From Bdellovibrionales bacterium (GTDB lineage: Bacteria; Bdellovibrionota; Bdellovibrionia; Bdellovibrionales; UBA1609), in contig CBDHDF010000006.1 in the NCBI GenBank assembly GCA_965261545.1, positions 1-64,000 of the forward strand: a stretch of DNA of 64,000 nt. Direction: 5' to 3'. Position 1 is the first letter of the stretch; each line of letters begins with the position of its first letter. A program made the position numbers and the translations under genes. Below the pieces are notes generated by a model. That model was not told where the DNA came from and ran no database searches. It was given only the letters and a program-made list of their open reading frames with translations. Positions 28,629 to 38,126 of the stretch are shown in pieces.

Positions 28629-29875
28629 ATCAAAAGCTCTCCAAGGATATATTTTAATTGGACTTTCTTAATATCTCTTTGAGCCTCAAGACTCACCTTC
28701 CTTAAAAGAACATCCTGTAATTTAATTTCACTCTGAATAAGTTCTACATAATCAGACTGACCTAATTCATAAGATTTCGAGATAATGGATTTTAAACTCT
28801 TAGAATATGGAATGTTTTTCTGAATCATCCAATGAATTTCGCTCTCTATCATAAGTAGATCATTTTTTAAAATAGATACATCTCTCTCCTTAGTTTTCTT
28901 GTAGGCTTCCATCTGTTGAAGAGAAGTTATTTTGTCATGAACAGCTCTTTCATAGCTCTCATATTTCTGAGGCCATAAAGAAAGGGGCCACTTTAGTTTT
29001 ATACCGACAAAATCACCATGACGATCGAGGTCTGATCTCTTCGTCAAACTCAGACCCACGGTGAAACTTGGAAGAATATTCAACTTTGCAGCCTTTTGCC
29101 GGTAGTCCTTTTCCATAGTTTTCTCCACCAGTTCAAGCCCCCTATAGTCTTTGCGATTCTTATGATCTTTTTTATCCCTATGGCCTAAAAGCTCCCATGG
29201 AATCGTTTCTTTATCTATCTTCAGAGACCGGATTCCTGTAAGATAGCTTAGCTGTACCTGCCACTGAGACAATTGGGGGGCAATATTTTGAGACAAGATT
29301 TCTATTTCAGATTTTCTTATTTGAATATCAAAAATAGTTTTCTGAGGCACTTTCCCGTTGGCATAAAGTTTTTGACTAATTTCGAGTATTTTTGATACCC
29401 ACTTAAGGTTTTCATCAATGATTTTCTTTTCGTCGAGAATTTTTCTTCTCATAATGACGGAAGTCCAAAGGAATTTCTTCAATTCCTCCAACTTGTTCCT
29501 TGCCTTATATTCCATGGCTTTAGAAGCAGCCTTAAAGGCTTGCTTGCGGTGACTGCGCTGACCCATCCAATCTATTTTTTGACCGATCCCAAACTCCAAC
29601 CCTGTCATGGGGCTTTCTCCAGCCCTCAAAGTAGTTTTTGGGAAATTTTTGGCAGAAATATGAACAAAAGGGTCCTCCCAACTGCCCCAAGCACCTGCTT
29701 GATGGCGCAAAGATTGAGATTGACTGCGAAGAGTCCCCACATTCTCATGCTTTTTTAATAAATCCATGGCCTCTTGAAAAGTCACCGCTTCCACATGGAA
29801 GCCCCATAGAAGACCCCATAGAAGAGCAAAGAGAAGCATCAAAAGCCGGTAATACAATGAAATCACGATCATCAT
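28625..29875 (-). CDS. TolC-family outer-membrane efflux protein
   Basis: Signal peptide; helical OEP repeats (LYANG, SYELG); overlaps cusB. Confidence 0.85.
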   Translation of the reverse strand: MMIVISLYYRLLMLLFALLWGLLWGFHVEAVTFQEAMDLLKKHENVGTLRSQSQSLRHQAGAWGSWEDPFVHISAKNFPKTTLRAGESPMTGLEFGIGQKIDWMGQRSHRKQAFKAASKAMEYKARNKLEELKKFLWTSVIMRRKILDEKKIIDENLKWVSKILEISQKLYANGKVPQKTIFDIQIRKSEIEILSQNIAPQLSQWQVQLSYLTGIRSLKIDKETIPWELLGHRDKKDHKNRKDYRGLELVEKTMEKDYRQKAAKLNILPSFTVGLSLTKRSDLDRHGDFVGIKLKWPLSLWPQKYESYERAVHDKITSLQQMEAYKKTKERDVSILKNDLLMIESEIHWMIQKNIPYSKSLKSIISKSYELGQSDYVELIQSEIKLQDVLLRKVSLEAQRDIKKVQLKYILGELLI

Positions 29876-30250
29876 TCATCCAAGCTTTGAAAAAGTTTTC
29901 CAACCCCACCAGCAAGCAAACAATCCCAAACTGTTACTGAGTAAAATGTAGAAAGCCACAGATAACCATTGTCCTTCATTGATAAGGCGTATAGAGTCCA
30001 TGGCATAGGTAGAAAACGTTGTAAAGGCCCCTAAGAACCCTATAGCAAGAGCCATCATGATCGGAGAAATTGAGGTTGAAAGCTGCGTTGAGGAGTGGGA
30101 AAAGACACAACCCATGGCCAGGCAGCCCAGAGTGTTGATGGTAAGTGTCCCCCAGGGAAATCCACGACTCCCACCCAAGGCTTCACCTAGCCCCCAGCGT
30201 AGCAAAGACCCAACACCCCCAAGTATAAGAATCCACCAAAAAGAAGTCAC
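29876..30250 (-). CDS. crcB: Fluoride channel Fluc/CrcB
   Basis: GGVGSLLRW, FPWGTLTIN, GFLGAFTTFSTY. Confidence 0.95.
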   Translation of the reverse strand: MTSFWWILILGGVGSLLRWGLGEALGGSRGFPWGTLTINTLGCLAMGCVFSHSSTQLSTSISPIMMALAIGFLGAFTTFSTYAMDSIRLINEGQWLSVAFYILLSNSLGLFACWWGWKTFSKLG

Positions 30251-30433
30251 ACAGTCTACCTATGAGTTTTTGCTCTCTATATTTGGAGTACATCCATCGC
30301 ATAGCCGCCACTGTCACTTACCTACACTTATCTTATGATTAAGTCTAAGTTAGATCAAGTCAAGTGCCGCCAGCCGCCAGGAAAGTACATAAATAGCAGC
30401 AGCAATAGTAATAAGCAACGCAACAAAGCGGGC

Positions 30434-33121
30434 TTAGAAAGTATAAGCCGCTTTAAGGTACCAGGCTCCGCCTTCGTAGTTAGCTGCACTTCGGCGAGGG
30501 TAAGGCATACCAGCCCCCCACATATTGGCATATTTACCATCATCTTCAATAGTGGTAGGGTAGCTGTCCAAAATATTGGTGGCACCGATGGCAAGGCTCA
30601 AGTTCTTAATGGCGTGGTAACCCACCTCAAAATCCAAATAAAAAGTGGGATCGATTTCCTTAGAAAATTCTAGCCCATCAATGGTTCCCGATTGATCGTA
30701 ATGGGCCCCAATGTAACGGCCTCGACCAAGGAAGCTCCAGTCGTCGGTCCAACGCGTATAACTTGTGATGGTCCAATTATGAGAGGGATAGTTATTTTCA
30801 ATATCCTCCACTAAGGAGTCACTGACCACTTGAACATTTGTGCCATTTTCCAGTTGAACCATACGATTTTTTGTCACTTCCACACTGTTCATATTGTAAG
30901 CAAAGCTCACTTGGGAATCTACACCCAACCAATCTCCCAGGTGACTGGAAATGGTCACATCAAAACCAGAGTGGTTTAAATCCATGGCATTGGTATAAAA
31001 GGACCTATCTTCTGTACCATCATTATCGGAATCCACATCAGCACGGTAGATTCTACCATCAACGCCAATGTTGTAATAATCCACAGTGACAGAGACATTT
31101 TCACCCATTTCATAAACCACACCCACGCTGGCGTTAAGAGCCTTTTCTTCCGTGAGAGCTTGACTTCCCAAACTTCGAACTTCTTCATGACCTGCGGGGA
31201 AGTGACCCACTTCGTATTGAACGCCATTGCGAAAGCTTGTGGTGGTGGATCTTAAATTGGCTTGCCCAGGAGTGGGAGCATGAAAACCCGTGGATACAGC
31301 TCCGCGAAATGCCAAATCTCCTGTCATGTCGTAGCGACCTGCTAACTTGCCGTTGATGGTTTCTCCGAAGTCTTCAAAATCTTCAAAGCGAAGAGCGTAA
31401 TGCAACCCAAGGGTCTCCATGAGCTTATGCTCTAGGTCGGCGTAAAGAGCGTAATTGGAGCGGCTGAAATCCCCGGCATCCGAAGCTCGCACCCCCGCCA
31501 TACCGCTGGCACCTGCTCCCTCATAGGAGTTGGGCTCCCCGGCCATTTGGCTAAAGGTTTCTTCCCGGTACTCAGCACCGTAGGCCAGGTGCAAGCTTTC
31601 TCTCCATTTACGAGTGATATCCACGTTGAAATTCATTTCTGATTGTTCAAAGGCCCCTGTATCAAAGTCTCTCTGAGCCACTCCGCCATCCAAGGGCGCA
31701 TTTTGGTTCAAGGTATTGTTGAGAAAGTAATCCAATTCGTTGGAGCCTAGACTCAAACTCACATCGTAGTGATTATCCTCCAAGAAGGCCCCCTTAAGAC
31801 CTACAGCAACACCCATATCTGTTTGGTCCCCATCCAAGTAGGGCGTAAAACCTGTTATTCGAACTCTGTCTAAATTGGTCGCCGAAGGGCTATTCCCCTC
31901 AGTGAGACTCTTGTGGCTGGGATTACGGTAGAAAAAACGAAAGCGCCCCGTGGTCATGGCCAAATTACCGAAGGTGTAGACCTCCATTCCGTTGTGCAGC
32001 TCATGCATGGCATTGAAGGCAAAACGAGTGCCTGAAGTCTCAGGCCGTCCCCAGGTTTGAACAAAAGGAGCATCATCGAAAGGCGAATCTTGCCCCACTC
32101 CCTCCGCATCGGGGGCATTGGGACGTTGATGACCGCGAGAGAGGGCCTCATTGCTATTGGTATCTACAGAGAGATTAAGAAAACTTTTTCTTCCCCAGCC
32201 TATTCCTGTGTTAGCCCCAATTTTCCAAGAGGTTTCCCCCTCAAAGTGATTGCCAAAACTAGCCTCCACAAGACTGCCTTGACGGGCATCCTTGAGGACA
32301 AAGTTCATAACACCTGCAATCGCATCTGAACCGTATTGGGCGGAGGCACCATCTCTAAGAACCTGCACCTCTTTAAGGGCAATGGAGGGAATCATAGCCA
32401 CATCCACCCCATGGGATCCGTTGTTGGCGGGGGGAGCAAAAAGTTGCACAAGGGCAGATCGGTGGCGACGACGCCCATTGACCATCACAAGGGTTTGGTC
32501 TCCAGCCATTCCACGCAGCGTTGTTGGACGCACAAAGGCACTTCCATCACCTGTGGCAGGGGTGGCCATGTATGAGGGGATCAAGGTATTGAGATTGTCT
32601 GTGATGTCTGCTGTGGAGTTCACCATGGAGAAGTTCTCCCCGGAAATAACATCCACAGGGACAGGGGAGTCAAGGGCCAAACTCATCCCATGGCGAGAGC
32701 CAATCACGGTGATCTTCTCTGCGTCTTCTTTGCTATCACGGCTTTCACTTCCATAGTTATTATCTGAGGAATCTGAGGAATCTGAAGCCATGGATTCGTT
32801 GGCCTCCACCCCTTGGGACTTTTGGCTGTTTGTATCACCAGAAAACCCTGAACCTGAATTCACACTCGAATCCGTGCTTGAGTCGGCACTTGAACTTGAA
32901 TCGATACCTTGGGCTAAAATCCATTTTTCACTCTCTTCCCTTTCTGAATCTTGGTTAGAGGCCGATTGGCCCATAGAAGCCCCACCCACAGTGGCGAGTA
33001 GAAAAGTCAAGATGACCGTGTTGCCCACTCCCTTTAAGAAACTATACCCACTTCCTATAGAAGCTACAGAAGATTTGAATTCTATGGTCTTTCTGTGAAA
33101 CGATCTCAATTTTAACATCAT
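30434..33121 (-). CDS. TonB-dependent receptor (paralog of 5358..7979)
   Basis: ATG 33121 after AAGGAG; VMVNGRRRHRS, VLRDGASAQYGSDAIAGVMN; ends YTF. Confidence 0.95.
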   Translation of the reverse strand: MMLKLRSFHRKTIEFKSSVASIGSGYSFLKGVGNTVILTFLLATVGGASMGQSASNQDSEREESEKWILAQGIDSSSSADSSTDSSVNSGSGFSGDTNSQKSQGVEANESMASDSSDSSDNNYGSESRDSKEDAEKITVIGSRHGMSLALDSPVPVDVISGENFSMVNSTADITDNLNTLIPSYMATPATGDGSAFVRPTTLRGMAGDQTLVMVNGRRRHRSALVQLFAPPANNGSHGVDVAMIPSIALKEVQVLRDGASAQYGSDAIAGVMNFVLKDARQGSLVEASFGNHFEGETSWKIGANTGIGWGRKSFLNLSVDTNSNEALSRGHQRPNAPDAEGVGQDSPFDDAPFVQTWGRPETSGTRFAFNAMHELHNGMEVYTFGNLAMTTGRFRFFYRNPSHKSLTEGNSPSATNLDRVRITGFTPYLDGDQTDMGVAVGLKGAFLEDNHYDVSLSLGSNELDYFLNNTLNQNAPLDGGVAQRDFDTGAFEQSEMNFNVDITRKWRESLHLAYGAEYREETFSQMAGEPNSYEGAGASGMAGVRASDAGDFSRSNYALYADLEHKLMETLGLHYALRFEDFEDFGETINGKLAGRYDMTGDLAFRGAVSTGFHAPTPGQANLRSTTTSFRNGVQYEVGHFPAGHEEVRSLGSQALTEEKALNASVGVVYEMGENVSVTVDYYNIGVDGRIYRADVDSDNDGTEDRSFYTNAMDLNHSGFDVTISSHLGDWLGVDSQVSFAYNMNSVEVTKNRMVQLENGTNVQVVSDSLVEDIENNYPSHNWTITSYTRWTDDWSFLGRGRYIGAHYDQSGTIDGLEFSKEIDPTFYLDFEVGYHAIKNLSLAIGATNILDSYPTTIEDDGKYANMWGAGMPYPRRSAANYEGGAWYLKAAYTF

Positions 33122-33353
33122 GATGATTCTCCTTATTATGATACTAAAGATTAGGATTAAGAATAATAAACACCCAACAATGCAATAGGGTAACGAATGG
33201 CATGGCTCTAGGCAATAGTCCAACAAAAAATAATTAATAACCCTTACTCAATAGGGCGACGCATCAATATTTATGCATGTTCCGCATGCCTATCTCAAAG
33301 CTATTTTGCGCTTCAAGACTCCTAATATTTTTGTGTTTTTTGGATTTGTGTGA

Positions 33354-34466
33354 TTAAGAATCTTGAAGTAAGTCAAACAGTCTTTTGTTAATATAATACA
33401 CTTCCTTACCAATCTTGTTCTTTTCAAGAATATTATTTTGAGCTAAGGCTTCTAAATAGCGAGATGCAGTGGGTCGAGAGACACTCATTGCTTTTTCCAG
33501 AAATTTAGCTTTGGTATAGGGGTGTGAAAAAATATTGTTAATTAAATCATGGGAATAAAATCTATGATTTTTACGGATAATACGCTTGTACTCTCGAATC
33601 AATTCATCAATGCCTTTGATTAAACTTTTTGCTTCTTGAGAAGTGGCAGAGATGGCTTCCAACATATAAACAATCCATTGTGTCCAACTCTCTTGTGTTC
33701 TAACTTCTTGAAGGTATTTATAGTAATTTTTTTTATGTCTAAGGATGTATCGACTGAGGTAAAGAATGGGGCTATCTAAGAGGTTATTTAAGATGAGATA
33801 GAGAATATTAATAATGCGACCTGTTCTTCCATTCCCATCATAAAAAGGGTGAATACTTTCAAAATAATGGTGAATTACGGACACTTTTATAAGTGGATCC
33901 ATGGAGTTCATATGAATCAATGCCTCGAACTGATTCATCAGTTCTGGAATTTTCTCAGGAGAAGGAGGGGTATAAATAACTTCACCAGTGGCCTCATTTC
34001 TTAAAATCGTTCCAGAGACCTTCCGAAAACCTGGGCGTTTAGGTTCAATAAGCTTTTGAATTTCAAGAATGGTATTAAGGGATATACCATTGTTTTCTCG
34101 AACCCTCTCCCAACCGACATTCAGGGCCTGCGAGTAATTGTGAACTTCTTTCTCGTGACCCTTTAAGTTCTCCTGAATCTGATACTTGTATAAACTGTCT
34201 TGAGTGGTGATGATGTTTTCAATGGCAGAGCTATTTTTGGCCTCTTTAAGAGTTATATTGGCAAGTAGAATTTTGTCGTTTGGAAGGGTGGGGGCCATTC
34301 CTTTGAGTTCAGCTAAATGGCGGTGGGCCTGGACCAGTGCCTTAAAGATTGGGGGACTCTCCAAAGTCTCTTGATTGGGACATTGAGTTAAACCTTCCAC
34401 TGGGCTCCTCCTTGCCCAAAAGCATGGGCTCTCAATGATTATCCTCTCGATCTCCTCAAAAATCAT
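33354..34466 (-). CDS. Fic-family AMP transferase, class II (SoFic-like, C-terminal HTH)
   Basis: Catalytic HPFYDGNGRTGR; N-terminal inhibitory SSAIEN; C-terminal VSRPTASRYL HTH. Confidence 0.93.
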   Translation of the reverse strand: MIFEEIERIIIESPCFWARRSPVEGLTQCPNQETLESPPIFKALVQAHRHLAELKGMAPTLPNDKILLANITLKEAKNSSAIENIITTQDSLYKYQIQENLKGHEKEVHNYSQALNVGWERVRENNGISLNTILEIQKLIEPKRPGFRKVSGTILRNEATGEVIYTPPSPEKIPELMNQFEALIHMNSMDPLIKVSVIHHYFESIHPFYDGNGRTGRIINILYLILNNLLDSPILYLSRYILRHKKNYYKYLQEVRTQESWTQWIVYMLEAISATSQEAKSLIKGIDELIREYKRIIRKNHRFYSHDLINNIFSHPYTKAKFLEKAMSVSRPTASRYLEALAQNNILEKNKIGKEVYYINKRLFDLLQDS

Positions 34467-34467
34467 C

Positions 34468-34583
34468 CTTTTTGAGGAGATATTAGCTCACCTCTTCAAA
34501 AAGATACTTTTTTGAGGAGATACTAGCTCACCTCTTCAAAAAGATACTTTTTTGAGGAGATACTAGCTCACCTCTTCAAAAAG
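34468..34583. repeat. Three tandem 40-bp units, each an imperfect palindrome
   Basis: TTTGAGGAGATACTAGCTCACCTCTTCAAAAAGATACTTT at 34471, 34511 and 34551 (third partial). Confidence 0.95.
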
Positions 34584-34805
34584 GAGTATTTCTGCATATT
34601 TATAAAGGTTGTTATACCCTTTTTTAGTAGACTTTAATCCAGAGATGTATTCTCAGATTTAATGCACCGCATATGCTCTCGCACATATTTCCCCTATCTC
34701 ACATACCTATCTCACATGAAAGAAATAAAAGAACATGTGTCTCCCCTTTTAAAAGTTACTTAAAAATTGCTACAATTAACAACAAGTGGGGAGAAGTTGA
34801 AGCAC

Positions 34806-35738
34806 ATGGAGAGCGCACAGAAAAAAATTGCATTGATACAAGGAGGCCTGGGGGCTGAAAAAAAAATTAGCCATATGACAGGAGCCTCTTTTGCCAAGGC
34901 TTTGTTGGAATTGAAATATCCCTTTGAAGTGGTCGAAGCCGATGGACAATTACCAGTTCGACTTGCTCAATGTGAGGCCGATGTGGCCTTGCTTGCCGTC
35001 CATGGAAAATATGCCGAAGATGGTGTGGCCCAGGCGCTTTGTGAATACTTAAAAATTCCCTATACGGGTTCAGGAGTTTTATCCTCAGCCCTTTGCATGG
35101 ACAAGGTGGTTCACAAACAACTCTTGCGTCAAAATAACCTTCCCACTCCCAATTTTAAAGTGGTGGACACACAAGAGGAAGATATCTCCACTTTAAAAGT
35201 TCCCCCCATGCCATGGCCCTTGGTGATCAAGCCCGCCCGAGAGGGTTCCAGCATAGGCATTCATATCGTTGAAGAAAACAAGGAGTTTTACAGCGGCCTT
35301 AAAGATGCCGCTCAATATGATCGCTTTCTTCTCATAGAGCAATTTATCAAAGGCACCGAGATGACCGTCCCCATATGGCTGGGGCGCAGTCTCACGCCCA
35401 TCGAAATTGCACCGAAAACAGGTTTCTTTGACTTTAAAAATAAATACACAAAGGGTTTCACAGACTACCACTTACCAGTTCGCTTGGACTCCAAAATAAT
35501 AAGTCACTGCCAAAAAATAGCCACCGAAGCTTGTAAAAAATCTTATATAAAAACCTATGCCAGAGTCGATTTTATTGTTTCTACAAAGGGAGCCCCCTAT
35601 ATTATTGAAATCAACACATTGCCTGGCTTTACACCTTTGTCACTGTTTCCCATGTCGGCCAGGCATGAGGGCATCACTTTCTTAGACTTGATAAAGGGCC
35701 TGATTGAAAATGCGAGCTTGGACTATGGTGTTACTTAA
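34806..35738 (+). CDS. ddl: D-alanine--D-alanine ligase
   Basis: HGKYAEDG, PYTGSG, KPAREGSSIG, EINTLPG. Confidence 0.96.
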   Translation: MESAQKKIALIQGGLGAEKKISHMTGASFAKALLELKYPFEVVEADGQLPVRLAQCEADVALLAVHGKYAEDGVAQALCEYLKIPYTGSGVLSSALCMDKVVHKQLLRQNNLPTPNFKVVDTQEEDISTLKVPPMPWPLVIKPAREGSSIGIHIVEENKEFYSGLKDAAQYDRFLLIEQFIKGTEMTVPIWLGRSLTPIEIAPKTGFFDFKNKYTKGFTDYHLPVRLDSKIISHCQKIATEACKKSYIKTYARVDFIVSTKGAPYIIEINTLPGFTPLSLFPMSARHEGITFLDLIKGLIENASLDYGVT

Positions 35739-36576
35739 AAGCTTGGAGGCTCGCCTCTGCCTTCTTCTAGCGTTGAGTCTTCGCTTTCTTCTGAGGCTGC
35801 GCCCTCGCTTTCTTCTGAGAGATCGTCTCTGCATCTTTCTGAAGCTGCACCCTCACTTTATTTACGGAGTGCTGACTGTCATGCTCCTAAGTGGAGGACT
35901 TGCCGCTCTGTTAAGTAGTAAGGTTAAGGTATTTCAATCTCACCACATTGAAGTGGAGATAGATTCTGGACCTTGGTCCCAGGAGTTTTTAGCAAGTTTT
36001 AAGAAAAGTGTCATGAATCAACTGGACCCCTTGCGAAGCCAGTCCATCTTTACTGTGAATTTAAATGAGTTATCAAAGAAACTAAAAAACGATCGCCGCA
36101 TTCAACACATCTCTATTCAAAGAATACTTCCCCATCGAATGAAGCTCAAAATGACCCTTCACAAACCCATCGCATTGCTTATGGGTTTACAAAATGAACT
36201 CCTCTCTGTTTCGAGAGATGCCAGTATTTTACCTCCCATGGGCGAAGCCATAGATCTACCCATCCTCAGGGGCCTCAACTTTCACAAGGAAGAAAAATTG
36301 AGGGCCCAGGCCCTAGAATTCTTAGAACAAATTCCAAAAACAGGATTTACAGGTTACAACAATATTTCAGAAATTCGCTTTGATAAGAAATCGGGCTATG
36401 TTCTCTACCTCCTTCCCCATGGAGTTCAATTGCATCTGGGACAAAGTCATTTTGCACAAAAAATAAATCGAGCTGAAAGAGTGATGAACTACCTTGAAAA
36501 TCAAAATATGAAATATCGCGTTATTGACGCTCGCTTTCCCAAAAAAATAGTTGTCAAGCTGCGTAATGAAACCTAG
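35704..36576 (+). CDS. ftsQ: Cell division protein FtsQ/DivIB
   Basis: TM + POTRA-like region, C-terminal IDARF; between ddl and ftsA; start uncertain. Confidence 0.85.
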   Translation: MKMRAWTMVLLKSLEARLCLLLALSLRFLLRLRPRFLLRDRLCIFLKLHPHFIYGVLTVMLLSGGLAALLSSKVKVFQSHHIEVEIDSGPWSQEFLASFKKSVMNQLDPLRSQSIFTVNLNELSKKLKNDRRIQHISIQRILPHRMKLKMTLHKPIALLMGLQNELLSVSRDASILPPMGEAIDLPILRGLNFHKEEKLRAQALEFLEQIPKTGFTGYNNISEIRFDKKSGYVLYLLPHGVQLHLGQSHFAQKINRAERVMNYLENQNMKYRVIDARFPKKIVVKLRNET

Positions 36577-36667
36577 GCTTGAGATATGCCTTGATATACA
36601 CTTGACTTGATGCACACTTGAACACTTGCATATGCACAATAAAGCTAAATAGGGATGTCTAAGAATC

Positions 36668-37954
36668 ATGCCGACGGGTGACCAAAACAATAGCAACAAT
36701 CGTAATATTAACATGAGTCATCGTCGTCACAATAGCGATCACAATATTGTCGCTCTCGATATTGGCGCAACAAAGGTCGTTGCGGCCATTGCAGCCCATC
36801 GCTCCAATGAATTCCCCGGTTTCGACCTCCTCGGCGTGGGACAAGCCTTCCACCGGGGAGTGAGGCAAGGAGCCATTATCGATATAGAAGCCACAAGCCA
36901 GGCCATTTCTGAAGCTTGTGAAAAGGCCGAAACCATGTCGGGCCAAGAAATTCACTCCGTTTGGCTCGGCATTGGTGGAACTGACATTTCCTCTTTTGAA
37001 TCTTCGGGAATTGTCCCTCTCCACAAGCAAGAAGTCACAGAGCATGATATCCAAAAAGTCATGGACGTGGCTCAAGCGACGGTGATCCCCAACAACCACT
37101 GTATTCTACATGCCTTGCCAAAAAGCTACAAAGTTGACCACCAAAGTGGAGTGCGCTGCCCCTTGGGAATGGCGGGAAAACGTTTGGAAGCTGCCTTCCA
37201 CCTCATTACAGTGCCTGAAACACTCATGCAAAACTTTGTTCGCTGCACACAAAGGGCAGGTCTCAAAATCTCTGGCTTTGTTTTACAGTCTTTAGCTTCA
37301 TCCCTTGCCGTCATCAACGAAGATGAAAAAGCCATGGGAGTGGCTGTGGCAGATATGGGCGGGGAGACATGTGATCTCGTCATTTATGACCAGGGAAGTC
37401 TCGTTCATGCAAGCTCCATTCCCCTTGGAGGCAAAAACTTCACCAGTGATTTAGCTCGGGGACTTCGCATCAAACAAACCCATGCCGAAGAACTCAAAAG
37501 ACATTGGGGTTGCACTCTCCCCGATGTGGAATATGAAGAAAAAGACTTATTAACCATCTTAGAAGCTCGTTCCGAAGAAGTTTTATCGCTTCTTCGGAAC
37601 GCTTTGCAAGAAGCAAGCTTTATGGATCCGTTGGGTGCCGGTATTGTCATCACGGGTGGAGGCAGTCATCTGCAGGGCTTTATCGAAATGGGAAGCTTGC
37701 TTTTTGATATGCCCATCAGACAAGGACTTCCTCCTAAGTGGGATGGATTTGTAGAGACAACAAGCGGTAGCTTCGCAACAGCTATTGGTATTCTTTGTTA
37801 CGGCCACCAAGAGCAAAGAAGAAGAAAAAAAAGAGACCAAAAAGACCAAAGAGGCCACAAAAGAGCTACTTCCATTCAAGGAGGAATTATGTTGTGGGAA
37901 AAGTGTACCACCATGGGTACAAAGGTTAATAGTTATTTTTCTAAACTTTTCTGA
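36668..37954 (+). CDS. ftsA: Cell division protein FtsA
   Basis: ALDIGATKV, PLGMAGKRLE, DMGGET, VITGGGS, FATAIG. Confidence 0.96.
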   Translation: MPTGDQNNSNNRNINMSHRRHNSDHNIVALDIGATKVVAAIAAHRSNEFPGFDLLGVGQAFHRGVRQGAIIDIEATSQAISEACEKAETMSGQEIHSVWLGIGGTDISSFESSGIVPLHKQEVTEHDIQKVMDVAQATVIPNNHCILHALPKSYKVDHQSGVRCPLGMAGKRLEAAFHLITVPETLMQNFVRCTQRAGLKISGFVLQSLASSLAVINEDEKAMGVAVADMGGETCDLVIYDQGSLVHASSIPLGGKNFTSDLARGLRIKQTHAEELKRHWGCTLPDVEYEEKDLLTILEARSEEVLSLLRNALQEASFMDPLGAGIVITGGGSHLQGFIEMGSLLFDMPIRQGLPPKWDGFVETTSGSFATAIGILCYGHQEQRRRKKRDQKDQRGHKRATSIQGGIMLWEKCTTMGTKVNSYFSKLF

Positions 37955-38126
37955 AGTAGCAACTCTTTGCTTCTTTGCTTTTTGCAAAATATTCTTGATA
38001 AGAATATTCTTGATAAGAATATTCTGATAATTAATACTGTGATAATTTTGATAAAGACTTGATAAAAAAATTGATAGAGCATTTATAACATTTATAAAAG
38101 TTATAAAAGTAAAAGAAGGAGAAACT

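Noticed and set aside
30251..30433. Fluoride riboswitch upstream of crcB
   Set aside because: A GCGATGG occurs on the minus strand, but the pairing partner and the conserved CTRATGA element are absent
34468..34583. Palindromic 40-bp repeats as a mini-CRISPR
   Set aside because: No unique spacers; head-to-tail tandem units
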